The notes under the pieces are model-generated. The model saw only the letters and a list, made by a program, of their open reading frames with translations. It made no database searches and was not told the origin of the DNA. Made by a program: the position numbers and the translations under genes. From a virus: a DNA stretch of 50,155 nucleotides. The stretch lies in IMG/VR virus record IMGVR_UViG_3300045125_000156. The stretch is one strand, 5' to 3'. Below are positions 9,930 to 20,717 of this stretch, in pieces (within the stretch, counting starts at the first letter, position 1; every line of letters starts with the position of its first letter).

Positions 9930-10580
9930 TCTTTGCGGCGGCTTCATTCCTCGAAGCTGAGGTTGAGAATGACCTGCCTACTGCAGGTCATTCTCCCAGA
10001 AACGCCCGGGCCATCCGTGATCTTTGGCCCCCGGATCAGACCGTTATTTCGACCTTATCCGGGCCGAAGCTCCCCGGCTTCTCAAAGGTCAAAACGTACA
10101 CCATCCCGCTCTAGCCAGAACGGGCTTTGCCACCGACCGTCGGCAAGCGTCTCCGTGACAAAAAGCCCCACGGTCCTTTGCCCCGCATCCCACGACGGCT
10201 TCTGAAACGCCCGGATCGTGGCCTCGGGGATCCCCGCGCCCCGGGGAGCAGTGTACCGAAGGGCGTCCACCATCTGATAGTTGTGGTCGACTTTTGTTCG
10301 CGTTGCGATCTGCGCTGCGAATGAAATCTGGGGCTGAAACGGGCCCGTATCCAGGACCAAACCACCTTGTAAAAACCCTGTACCCGGTACACGCTTTCAT
10401 CCGTGCCCGTAGGGTCATCGTAATAAAACTGCCCCTTGGCCGCATCCCACGAAGGGCCGTGGGGCGCTGGTCCATCACAACGGCTGCAAGGATGTACGGG
10501 CCAGACGACGTAGCGGCCACACGCACTTCATAGAAGTCAGCAGCGGGTGTCGCGGGGTCCCAGTAAATGCGGGTCGGCAT
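9930..10580 (-). CDS. putative virion structural protein (FN3-like N-terminus; frameshifted)
   Basis: MPTRIYWDPATPAADFYEVRVAATSSGPY... joined to KVDHNYQMVDALRY...TETLADGRWQSPFWLE. Confidence 0.45.
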
Positions 10581-10599
10581 ACCTCGAAGGCTAGCTCAC

Positions 10600-11259
10600 G
10601 CGGACTTCCCCGGCCCAGCGTTGCACCGCCGTCTTGGCCGCCTCGGCCTCAAAAGTCACGTTCTCCCAGACCTTTGGAAACTGCAGGAACTCCCCTCAGC
10701 CGTAACCCAGATGGCCCGCAGAACGTCCGCTTCAGCGCGGTGTTCCGGCAGCTTCGGGCCATTCAAGAGCTCGTAGACCTTGTGGAGCGCTCCAGCCTCG
10801 CTGCCCCGCCTTCTCTTCATGTGCGCCTTTGGAAAAGTCCATCACTTCCCAAAGCCCATCATGCCAGGGCGGATCGCCTGAAATGCTCGCATGGCACCGG
10901 TCGATTTCGCGGCCTGCAGGAACTCTGGCGTCAAACGAGACGTTCTTGGTTCATCAGCACCGCGTCTCGGTCAGGTCCCGCTCGATCTCCTGCCAAACGG
11001 CTTTGGCCTCCGGGGCACTCGATGACCGGGGGCGTCCTTCCAGTCGGGGTGGCCGGGGTAATAACCATTGACCTCGTAGGCCTTGGGGGTGCCCTGGCGG
11101 TACGCCTCCGGGGTCAACGAAAATCGGTAAACCTTGACGTCGAACTGGCCCCATTGCCCAGGTAGCACCCGAGCATAGGCGACCTCGATGATCCGATGTT
11201 CACTGGGTGAAAGTCCAGTGGTCTCCACGTCGCAGACAACAAAGGGGTGCGTAGATCAT
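10600..11259 (-). CDS. DEDD-family 3'-5' exonuclease (DnaQ-like; frameshifted)
   Basis: ExoI motif D-V-E-T-T-G-L...HRIIEVAY. Confidence 0.7.
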
Positions 11260-11469
11260 GAGGCACCCTACCACGGGTTTTTGAAAGCACCTAGCGGGCC
11301 AACGAAATACCCGTCGGAGCGCCCATGCAGCTTCTTTGCCAGCGCCACAACCGCCCCCGAGTACCATACGGGTTCACCCCTACGTTTGGGCTTATCCTTA
11401 ATAATGATTCAAAGCTCACGGCCGAGCTAGTACCGGGGGCTTTTTACTGAACGGTTGACAAGTAGCTGA

Positions 11470-11805
11470 AAGCCTTAATAAGAGCCTCTTCGAGGCGAAA
11501 TAAGCCCGAATAACCTTATTACAAAATTATTAAAATAAGCCTTATTAACCCTTATTACCCTGCAAGTTCGGGCACTTAGCCGATTCGTATTACTTAATTA
11601 TTTTAATATTATTTTAACAACCTAAATCGACCCTCGTGAGAGAGATGTGAGTGTGTGACGACGGTGAGAGAGGTGGATAGGTTGGTATGAATTATGCGAA
11701 ATACAAAAACAGTGCCATTGATAGCCTAAGGTACGCGATTTAAGACACTAATATATTAATAAATAATTATCTATTAAAATAAATAAATAAAGAGAAAAAA
11801 GAGAG
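11470..11805. other. AT-rich non-coding island at a strand switch; candidate origin or genome-end region
   Basis: Strongly AT-rich against a GC-rich background, no ORFs, repeated ccttatta, divergent genes on both sides. Confidence 0.5.
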
Positions 11806-12040
11806 TCTACGGCACGGCCTTTGCTACGCATACGCACGCCGCGCCAGCCCCCCGCCCCGGCCCCCTCAAAAGTTAAAAGCAAAAAGCCTCTCGAGTTTTT
11901 CCAAGGCCGCCGACCCCCTCGCAGCCACCAGCGTAGCCAAAACCGGCCTTACTTCCCAAAAATAAACCGCCATGCCGACACCCCTCCAAAGTAATATCCA
12001 TCAGCTTGACACAGCTATTCTTATTGGCTATTCTGCCCCC

Positions 12041-12355
12041 ATGAGCCGCCGAAGCCTCCCCGCCGACGAGCGCCGCTACTGGATCACGATCAGCGTCTCG
12101 CCGGCCTTCACGACCCTGCTCGAACGCAAGCGCCTGGAGGACCCGCAGTTCAACGCCTCCCGCTTCGTCGAGGCCTGCGTGTTCGCCTCGGCGCCTCCGG
12201 CCTCCACGCCAAACGCCTACGACCCCGAGTTCCAGCACCTGGCCCAGGAGCTCGAAAGTTCAACGTCGCCCTCGCCCCCGAGGCCTTGCGCCAACTGGCC
12301 ATCCGCCTTGGCCTCGACCAGATCAAAACGTTCTACAAGCTGGCCAACGCCCTGA
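12041..12355 (+). CDS. small DNA-binding protein, ribbon-helix-helix-like N-terminus
   Basis: MSRRSLPADERRYWITISVSPAFTTLLERKR...NASRFVEACV: alternating beta strand, helix, turn, helix. Confidence 0.45.
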   Translation: MSRRSLPADERRYWITISVSPAFTTLLERKRLEDPQFNASRFVEACVFASAPPASTPNAYDPEFQHLAQELESSTSPSPPRPCANWPSALASTRSKRSTSWPTP

Positions 12356-12368
12356 AAGGTTCCACGCC

Positions 12369-12629
12369 ATGAGCCGCCGCCCGACATCCGACCCGTCGTC
12401 CCCCATGACCATGAGCCTCCCCGCGTCGCTGCAAGCGCGGCTGCGCGAGTTTGCGGACAAAAATCCGCAACACGGCTCGATCTCTCAAATTGTCAAAACG
12501 CTGCTGCTTGATTTCCTCGATAAGCACAAGTTCGTAGCAGCCGCGCCGGTAGCTGTGATTCCGGTCGCCCCGGTCGTTCACGCCGCCCTGCTCCCGCCGC
12601 GCTCAACAACGGCCTTCCTCCGGGCCTGA
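12369..12629 (+). CDS. ribbon-helix-helix (CopG/Arc-like) protein
   Basis: PMTMSLPASLQARLREFADK...GSISQIVKTLLLDFL fits the RHH pattern. Confidence 0.65.
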   Translation: MSRRPTSDPSSPMTMSLPASLQARLREFADKNPQHGSISQIVKTLLLDFLDKHKFVAAAPVAVIPVAPVVHAALLPPRSTTAFLRA

Positions 12630-12652
12630 GCGCCGAGGACTGGGCGGCCCCT

Positions 12653-12841
12653 TTGACGGAGCAGCCCGTGGCGGCCCCGAGGGCGTCAGCGGCCGACTTC
12701 GCCCGCTCGCTCGTAAACCCCGCGCTGACCGACCGCGAACGGGCCCGGGAGGAGCTGCGCAAGCGCGACCCCGAGGGCTGGAAGCGCATGCAGGAAGAGC
12801 ACTTTGCTCAGCTGCAGGCCGTGCTCGACGAACCGACCTGA
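12653..12841 (+). CDS. hypothetical protein
   Basis: Co-oriented short ORF ending just before the palindrome and terminator. Confidence 0.35.
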   Translation: MTEQPVAAPRASAADFARSLVNPALTDRERAREELRKRDPEGWKRMQEEHFAQLQAVLDEPT

Positions 12842-12864
12842 ATATTTTTCACCCCGTGAAACCC

Positions 12865-12909
12865 AAAAGAAGCCCCCGCCCTTCCCCCTGAGGGGGAAGA
12901 GCGGGAGCC
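12865..12909 (-). terminator. intrinsic terminator between convergent genes
   Basis: ggctcccgctcttccccctcagggggaagggcgggggcttctttt on the minus strand. Confidence 0.7.
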
Positions 12910-12922
12910 ACTTACCAAGCCG

Positions 12923-13345
12923 TCAGCGCCGACCGTAATCCTGCATCCGACGGATCAAGCCTCGTACCCGCCGGAGATACCCCCGGCCAATCTCATTCCG
13001 GGGCTCGCACAGCCCCGTCCGGAAACCGTACAATGGCGGCGTCCCAATGCCCGCACCGCTCAAACCCCGTAAGAAGCGCCCTCGCCGCGTGCACGTGCGT
13101 ACCTGCGGTGTGCCGATGCGCGTCGATGGGAGCACCCCAGTTGCACACCTTCATGGTGGTCGCAACCGAGGTGCGTCTCAAGAAATGCCACCGCCCCCAC
13201 TGACCTCAGCAGGTACGCCCATGCGGGCCGTCTCGTGAAGCTGCTCCACGATCCGGTCGCGGCGGGCCTCGACGCACTGGCGGTTATCGCCGCTCATGAA
13301 TCGAAAAAGGCCGAGTAGGGCGATCAAGACTGCTTCTGCCGACAT
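12923..13345 (-). CDS. possible lysozyme-like/transglycosylase-fold protein with N-terminal hydrophobic segment (frameshifted)
   Basis: MSAEAVLIALLGLF...GVPAEV..AVAFLETHLG...AARALLTGFERCGHWDAAIVRF..G...YLRRV resembles the SLT layout. Confidence 0.4.
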
Positions 13346-13829
13346 GTCACGTCTTTCCGGTAAAGCTCCTCAAGCTCCTTCCATTCGTCGTGGTCGGCCT
13401 TGATGAGCAGGGATTCCTCGTTGTCGATGAGGCGCATCAGTTCCTGAAAGCTCGGCGCCTCCACGTGCTCCCTCCCGTTCAATACCCGGTTCCCCGTATT
13501 CCGTAACGGGCAGGACGCCCTGAATGGCTTCGGGGCTGAGATCCAGGGCGTACGTGAGATTCTCTGGCGAATCCCACTCTGTCACGAAGTGAACGTGCGC
13601 TCCCCACGTCCCGTCTTCGCCCCGTGAAATCCGTACGGTCCCGTAACGGACCTCCTTTCGCGGCGCCGACGACACCTCCAGCGTCTCCCCCGGAGGGCGC
13701 AAGCTCAGCTTTTCCCACACGCCGGGAGCGCGCTCTTCCCAGTAGGCCTTGTCCTTGGACCAGAGGGGCCGCCCGAGGTCGACGGAGAAGTCGCTCTGCG
13801 AGCGCCTTGATGCTTCTGGACCATCTCTT

Positions 13830-14143
13830 CTTCGGAGATGACGCCGGCCTTTCAGGCGGTCAGGATCGCCGCCGGCTCGACGCGCGGCCGCACCGGCGTC
13901 GGGGCAGGCCCCGGCGCCGAGGCTGCACGGCCGGGCGCCCATCTTTCGATGCGCCATCGCGGCGACCTCTTCCCAGCTGGCGGGCAGCGCGTCGATTTCC
14001 GACTTGCGGTACAGGAGAAACCCCCGTCCCGAAAGCTCTTGACGCACGGCCTCCAGCCCGAGATGTCTCAAATTGCGGGCCACCGCCCGGGGGTCGACGC
14101 CGAACCGATCAGCTACGTACTTCGCCGGCACATACTCGGACAT
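13830..14143 (-). CDS. helix-turn-helix DNA-binding protein
   Basis: MSEYVPAKYVADRFGVDPRAVARNLRHLGL...LYRKSEIDAL; GGAGG RBS. Confidence 0.5.
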
Positions 14144-14165
14144 GTTCTCTTCCTCCTTCTTGTTG

Positions 14166-14927
14166 TCACGCGGGAGGCGCAAATAGCTCTGACGTCGTTG
14201 AAGCCTGCCCCAGACTCAACGCCCGCGCGTGAAGCGGCCCCGTGCTGTGCTGGTTGTCGCCCGATCGCCTCCGATACTCCTCCACGAACTCCACGCCGCG
14301 CAACGGAGACTGGAGCAGGTCGGTGAGCGCCGCGATCTGCCTATCGCGTTCCACTTGCTCTTCATTTCGACACCTCACGTGCCACATCTCTCCGTAAAGC
14401 TTCATGCCGACCACCTCCTTTTTTGAATCACAGAGCTCGCCGCACACGACGCACGGCTTGCTCTCAGGCGTCTTTCGCTTTTCTTTTTCATACCGTTCGA
14501 TCTCTTCCCGGGCCATCGCCAGCTGCCCGTCTCGCAGATAGTTGATGACGTTGAGCGCCATGCTCATATACCCTGGATACCGCTGCGCCCCGACAGCAGC
14601 GGCCGCGCTGAGAAGGTCCAAGACGAGCCGTTGCTCATGGGTTGGTTTCAGCCCCCAGTCTTCATCAGTACTCCCAATGCCCACGGCGCTCCGCCGCAAG
14701 CCTCTCTGCCCTGCGGGCGTGGTAGAGCGGCGCGTCCTCTCATCGATCACACGCAGCCCTTTGCACGTGTGACAGGTCTCGTCATAGACGCCGGCCAACA
14801 TGTCTTCGATGAAGGCCGGGTCGACCTCCTCTTCGACGTAGCCGTGAAACCGCATGCCGTCGAGCATGGTCACCGCCTTCCCCCGGCAGTCGGGGCAGAC
14901 GATCTTCTTTCCTACAACCCTTGCCAT
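14166..14927 (-). CDS. Zn-finger hypothetical protein(s); probably two genes fused by an indel
   Basis: CPDCRG...CHTCKG in the first half; CVVC...HVRC in the second. Confidence 0.45.
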   Translation of the reverse strand: MARVVGKKIVCPDCRGKAVTMLDGMRFHGYVEEEVDPAFIEDMLAGVYDETCHTCKGLRVIDERTRRSTTPAGQRGLRRSAVGIGSTDEDWGLKPTHEQRLVLDLLSAAAAVGAQRYPGYMSMALNVINYLRDGQLAMAREEIERYEKEKRKTPESKPCVVCGELCDSKKEVVGMKLYGEMWHVRCRNEEQVERDRQIAALTDLLQSPLRGVEFVEEYRRRSGDNQHSTGPLHARALSLGQASTTSELFAPPA

Positions 14928-15139
14928 TGTTCAATTTCCTCCGGCGGGCATGGGGGCTGGTCTTCTCGAAGTCGATCACCACCTCATCGCCGCGAATGGC
15001 CTCGTCTTCCTCCTTCAGCAGTTCCAGGATCTCCGAGGCGCTTGGCTCCCAGTGCTTTCTGGGAGCCCTGTCGCTTCGCGTCAACGACCGCCTCTTCGAG
15101 GAGGCGCAGGATGGTGTCGTTCTTCTTCACTCGATCTTC

Positions 15140-15430
15140 ACTCCTTTCTTTGCCAGCAGCTCCCGGACCTCCTCTTCCGCCCACGCCGGCACGGCGATCT
15201 TCAGCTTCACGGCTGGCGTCAGCAGCTCCTCAAGCGTGAGGTCTTTTGCGTTGTCCCCGTAGGGAATGGCCTCACGGTCCCAGACCAGGTCTTCGAGGCG
15301 CGTGATCTCCTTGATGTCGGTTTGGTAGTCTTCGTTGTCGCAGAGCTCCCCGACGTACTGTCGACACGCCCTCTAGGTCTTTCGCGACGACGTAGCCGAA
15401 CGACGTTACCGTCACTTCAAAGACTGGCAT
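15140..15430 (-). CDS. hypothetical acidic protein (paralog family with 15595-15924 and 32394-32723)
   Basis: MPVFEVTVTSFGYVVAKD...IPYGDNAKDLTLEELL; GGAGG RBS. Confidence 0.45.
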
Positions 15431-15594
15431 TGATTTCCTCCGCGATCTCCAGCTCGATCAGCTCGAGCCCGGTTTGAAAGCATCGGCCGCAGCTCTCTTC
15501 TCAGCTTTTCCGACACCGCCGAGCCCAAAGCCTTGTCGGTGGTGTCCGTCACGATCAGGTCCGAACCGGATATCGTCCACTTCGTCCCCGTCCA

Positions 15595-15924
15595 TCACTC
15601 CACCTCCACGCCGGCGTCCTTGAGGAGCCTGCGGATCTCGTCCGCGCGACCCTTCGGCACGGTGACCTTGAGCTCGACGGGACCGAAGAGCTTCTGCGCC
15701 ACGGTGGACACCGGAAGCTCATTGGAATTTTCCCCATAGGGGATGCGCCACCTGTCCTTCCGGCCGATGTCCTGTTCATCATAAACCTCATTGACGTCCG
15801 CGTCGCGGTCACACTCGTTCACCTCGTCGATGATTCTATCGAAGAACTCGTCCACCTCCTCCTGGTCTTCACAGACCACGAACGCCCGATACGTTACTGA
15901 CATTTCCACCTTGAACAGCCTCAT
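15595..15924 (-). CDS. hypothetical acidic protein
   Basis: MRLFKVEMSVTYRAFVVCED...IPYGENSNELPV. Confidence 0.55.
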   Translation of the reverse strand: MRLFKVEMSVTYRAFVVCEDQEEVDEFFDRIIDEVNECDRDADVNEVYDEQDIGRKDRWRIPYGENSNELPVSTVAQKLFGPVELKVTVPKGRADEIRRLLKDAGVEVE

Positions 15925-16431
15925 CGCCACTCCGCCCTTTCCAGGACCTCATCGAGGTCGCCATAGATACCCGAACACGAATCGATGATTTCGCCCGTGG
16001 CCCGTCGCTTTACGGCGTAGCCGTAGACCGCCCCGTTGAGGTACTGCGAGTATTCCTGCACCTCCGCCCTGAGCGCGGTCTCAACTTGTTCTTTCAAGGC
16101 GTCATCGCCCCAGACTTTCAGCACCTCCGTCCGGTCGGCTACGATGAGCCCTACGCGCCCGGGTCCCAGGGGTCGTTGAAGGGGTTGTTTGCAGCGCCAC
16201 CCCCGAGTGCTCGAAGAGATACACCGGCAGCATGGCCACGGGCTCCGAACTCCTCTGCCACGGCCTGTTCGAGCTCCTCCCAGCCGTCGTAGGCGCGCGG
16301 ATTGAACCGCCGCGAAACATGTTGATCCTCGCGACCCCCGAGGATCAGCCGCCGGTGCCAGCAGAGCAGACGGCCCAGGTGTTTGTATTCGTCTCTGGGG
16401 TTGGTGACGAAGTCGTCGAAGTAAACCTCGA
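15921..16431 (-). CDS. conserved phage hypothetical protein (frameshifted)
   Basis: LPVYLFEHSGVAL...LRAEVQEYSQYLNGAVYGY...IDSCSGIYG, a common phage accessory motif set. Confidence 0.55.
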
Positions 16432-16596
16432 TGGATCTACCGCCACTTTTCCTCGCTGAAGATCATGCTTGTCCTTCCAGGCGGTGATCCTCACCGCCGG
16501 CCATTGGTTGGTGAGCTTGAGCAGTTCGCCGTCGTTGATGATGGCCCCGTACGCAGGGAGCGCCAGGGTGGCGATATGGTCAGTTCGCGTAAACGA

Positions 16597-17040
16597 TCAC
16601 TCTTCCTCGTCGAGGTACCCCAGCGCCCCGAGCGCTTCTCTCATGGCCTCGTCGGACGGCCAGCCCCCGCCGCCGTCACGCGGCTCAACCTGACGCTGAT
16701 CGTTGTCCCAGAACCAGCGCCAGACCTCGTCGGGCCAGGTGTCGGGCGCGCCGGCCTTGACCATGCGCCCGCCGATCGACTCGATGTTCGCCTGCGTGGC
16801 TTCAGAATTCACGCCGTGAAAAGTCGTCTTCGTCGGCCACGGGATAATCGTCGAGCTGTCAAGACCGCTCTGAGGAAGTGGTAGATCGCCGTCGGCTCGT
16901 TCTCTTCTCGTCAAGCACCCTGAACGACAGGTGCTCCACCACCCACGGCCCAGTGGCTGAAGCCGATGAGGTTCCCACTGGTCGTCGAATTCTTCTTGGC
17001 CTTGAGCGCCTTCTCCAAGGCGCGTTCCCAGTTGACTCAT
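16597..17040 (-). CDS. hypothetical protein
   Basis: Trp/acidic-rich ORF; its stop overlaps the next start. Confidence 0.45.
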   Translation of the reverse strand: MSQLGTRLGEGAQGQEEFDDQWEPHRLQPLGRGWWSTCRSGCLTRRERADGDLPLPQSGLDSSTIIPWPTKTTFHGVNSEATQANIESIGGRMVKAGAPDTWPDEVWRWFWDNDQRQVEPRDGGGGWPSDEAMREALGALGYLDEEE

Positions 17041-18977
17041 CCAGAGGTCTGGTCACGGGTAAGAACCACAGGCCCGACGCACCAGTGCTCAGGGTCCTGC
17101 TCTCTCGGGTGATCGCTGGAGATCCAGCAGTCACTCGGCTTCTTCAGAAGCTCTTTGATTTCCGTTGATTTCCCCGTTCACGGCGTCGTTCACAGCGTCC
17201 CTCCGGCGGCGTCACGGCTGCGGCCACGGCCTCACACACGGCGTCGTTCGCGGCGCCCCTCACGGCGCGGTTCACGGCGTTGTTCACGGCGTTGTTCACG
17301 CGCACCGCACGGCGTCGTGCCGGCCCTCCGGCGCCGTTCCGTCGCCTCCTGCGGCGCGGTTCACGGCGTTGTTACGTCATTCATTGATTTTCCTGTTCGC
17401 GGCGTCGTACACGGCGTCCCTCACGGCGCGGTCCACGGCGACGTCACGGCGGTCGTCCCGGCGACGTACACGGCGTCGTGCACGGCGTTCCGGCGCGGCC
17501 CACGGCGCGGTTCACGGCGCGTTCACGACGCCGTTCACGCATCGTCCACGGCGTCCCACACGTCGTGGCCACGGCGCGGTTGCGTCGCTCCTCACGGCGC
17601 CCCTCACGGCGGCGTTCACGTCATTCATTGATTTCCTCCTCTGCGGCGGCGTCTACGTCATTCACGATTTCCTCCCTCGGCGTCGTACACGGCGGCGTTC
17701 CGCTCTCGCGCGCGGCCTCGACGCGACCTCGTACACGGCGTCCCACGGCGTCGTTCACGGCGTCGTTCACGGCGCCGTTCACGGCGTCGTCCACGGCGCC
17801 CACGGCGTCGTCCACGTCACTCATTGATTTCCTCACCTCCGGCCTCCTCTACGGCGCCCCTCACGGCGTGGTCCACGGCGTCGTGCACGGCGCCCGCACA
17901 TGGCGTCCCTCACGGCGGCGTACACGGCGCCTTCACGGCGCCGTACGGCGCGGTTCACGGCGTTGTTCACGTCATTCATTGATTTTCCTGTTCACGGCGT
18001 CATTGCACGGCGTCCCTCACGGCGCGGTCCACGGCGACGTACACGGCGTCGTCCACGGCGTCGTACACGGCGTCCCTCACGGCGTCGTCCACGGCGCCCC
18101 TCACGGCGCGGTCCACGGCGACCCACACGGCGTCGTCCACGGCGTCGGCCACGTCATTCATTGATTTCCTCCCACGGCGTCGTCCACGGCGTAGTACACG
18201 GCACCCCTCACGGCGTCGTCCACGGCACCCTCACGGCGACGTCCACGGCGTCCATCATGTTGCCCGCCACTTCGCCCCACACGGCGTCGTTCACGGCGCA
18301 GTCCACGGCGACGTACACGGCGCCCTCACGGCGCCCCTCGCGACGTCGTTCACGTCATTCATTGATTTCCTCCCTCACGGCGCGGCTCACGGCGCGGCTC
18401 ACGGCGTCCACACGGCGTTGTCTACAGCGCCCCCACGGCGTCGTCCACGGCGGCGTTCGCGGCGTCGTTCACGGCGGCCCTCACCGGCGCGGTCCACGGC
18501 GCGGTCCACGGCGGCGTACACGGCGTCGGTCACGTCGCTCATTGATTACATCCCTCACGGCGCGGCCTCACGCGCGGCTCACGGCGTCGTACACGGCGGC
18601 GTTCACGGCGCGACTCACGGCGCGATTCACGGCGCGATTCACGGCGCGGTCCACCGCGCGTTCCACGGCGCCCCACACGACGTGGTCCACGGCGTCGTTC
18701 ATGGCGTCCCACACGGCGGCGTTCACGCCGCCGTTTACGGCGGCGTTCACGTCGGCGTTTACGGCGTCGTTCACGTCATTCATTGATTTCCTCCTTTACG
18801 GAGCCCCTCACGGCCTCCTCTACGTCGCCCCTCACGGTGCCCCACACGGCGTCCCATACGTCGCCCCTCACGGCGCCCCACGGCGTCGTCCACGGCGCCC
18901 TCACGGCGTCGTTCACGGCGCCCCTCACGGCGCGGTCCACGGCGACCCTCACGGCGCGGTTCACGGCGGCGGTCACG

Positions 18978-19178
18978 TCACTCGTTGATTTCCTCCTCTA
19001 CGGCGACGTACACGGCGTCGTACACGGCGGCGTTCACGGCGTCGTCCACGGCGCGGCTCACGGCGCGGCTCACGGCGCCCCACACGGCGTCGTCCACGGC
19101 GTCGTCCACGGCGTCGTACACGGCACCCCTCACGGCGCCCCTCGCGGCGCCCCTCACGGCGTCGTTCACGTCATTCAT
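18978..19178 (-). CDS. array unit mini-protein (66 aa, intact example)
   Basis: MNDVNDAVRGAARGAVRGAVYDAV...VAVEEEINE; RBS GAGGAGG lies in the previous unit's EEE codons. Confidence 0.75.
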   Translation of the reverse strand: MNDVNDAVRGAARGAVRGAVYDAVDDAVDDAVWGAVSRAVSRAVDDAVNAAVYDAVYVAVEEEINE

Positions 19179-19959
19179 TGATTTCCTCCTCTACGGCGAC
19201 GTACACGGCGTTGTCTACGGCGCCCACACGGCGTCGTACACGGCGCCCCACCCGGCGTCGTCCACGGCGCCCCACACGGCGTCCCTCACGGCGTCGTCCA
19301 CGGCGTCGTCCACGGCGTCGTACACGGCGGCGTACACGGCTGCGTCCACGGCGTCGGTCACGTCACTCATTGATTTCCTCCTCACGGCGCGGTTCACGGC
19401 GCCCCACACGGCGCCCCACGGCGTCCCACACGGCGTTGTTCACGGCGCCCCACACGACGCCGTACACGGCGTCGTCCACAGCGTCGTCCACGGCGGCCCT
19501 CACGGCGTCGTACACGGCGTCGTCCACGGCGCGCCTCACGGCGGCCCTCACGGCGTCGTTCACGGCTGCGTCCACGGCGTCGTACACGGAGCGGCTCGCG
19601 GCGCCGTTCACGTCACTCCATTGATTTCTCCCTCACGGCGCCCCTCGGCGCCCCACACGGCGTGCCACACGGCGTCGTTCACGGCGCCCCACACGGCGTC
19701 GTACACGGCGGCGTTCACGGCGTCGTTCACGGCGGCCCTCACGGCGCGGTCCACGGCGGCGTCCACGGCGTCGTACACGGCGGCGTCCACGGCGACCCTC
19801 ACGGCGTCGATCACGTCATTCATTGATTTCCTCCTTTACGGAGCCCCTCACGGCCTCCTCTACGTCGCCCCTCACGGCGCCCCACACGGCGTCGTCCACG
19901 GCGTCCTCACGGCGTCGTTCACGGCGCCCCTCACGGCGCGGTTCACGGCGGCGTTCACG

Positions 19960-20148
19960 TCACTCATTGATTTCCTCCCACACGGCCTCCTCTACGGTGC
20001 CCCTCACGGTGCCCCACACGGCGCCCCACACGGCGCCCCTCACGGCGTCGTCCACGGCCTCCCACACGGCGTCGTCCACGGCGCCCCTCACGGCGTCGTT
20101 CACGGCGCCCCTCACGGCGCGGTTCACGGCGGCGTTCACGTCACTCAT
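19960..20148 (-). CDS. array unit mini-protein (62 aa, intact example)
   Basis: MSDVNAAVNRAVRGAV...EEAVWEEINE. Confidence 0.75.
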   Translation of the reverse strand: MSDVNAAVNRAVRGAVNDAVRGAVDDAVWEAVDDAVRGAVWGAVWGTVRGTVEEAVWEEINE

Positions 20149-20717
20149 TGATTTCCTCCCACACGGCCTCCTCTACGGCGCCCCTCACGGTGCCCCACAC
20201 GGCGCCCACACGGCGCCCCACACGGCGTCGTACACGGCGCCCCACACGGCGTCGTCCACGGCGTCGTCCACGGCGTCGTACACGGCGGCGTACACGGCTG
20301 CGTCCACGGCGTCGGTCACGTCACTCATTGATTTCCTCCTCACGGCGCGGTTCACGGCGCCCCACACGGCGCCCCACACGGCGTCGTTCACGGCGCCCCA
20401 CACGGCGTCGTACACGGCTGCGTCCACGGCTCGCGTCCACGGCGTCGTACACGGCGTCGTCCACGGCGGCGTCCACGGCGGCGTTCACGTCATTCATTGA
20501 TTTCTCCTCACGGCGTCGTTCACGGCGCCCCACACGGCGACGTACACGGCGTCGTCCACGGCGTCGTACACGGCGCTCCACATGGCGTCCCTCACGGCGT
20601 CGCCCACGGCGCCCCACACGGCGTCGCCCACGGCGCGGCTCACGGCGCTCCTCACGGCGTCGTTCACGGCGCTCCTCACCGGCGTCGTTCACGGCGTTTT
20701 GCATGCCGCTTCCCACC

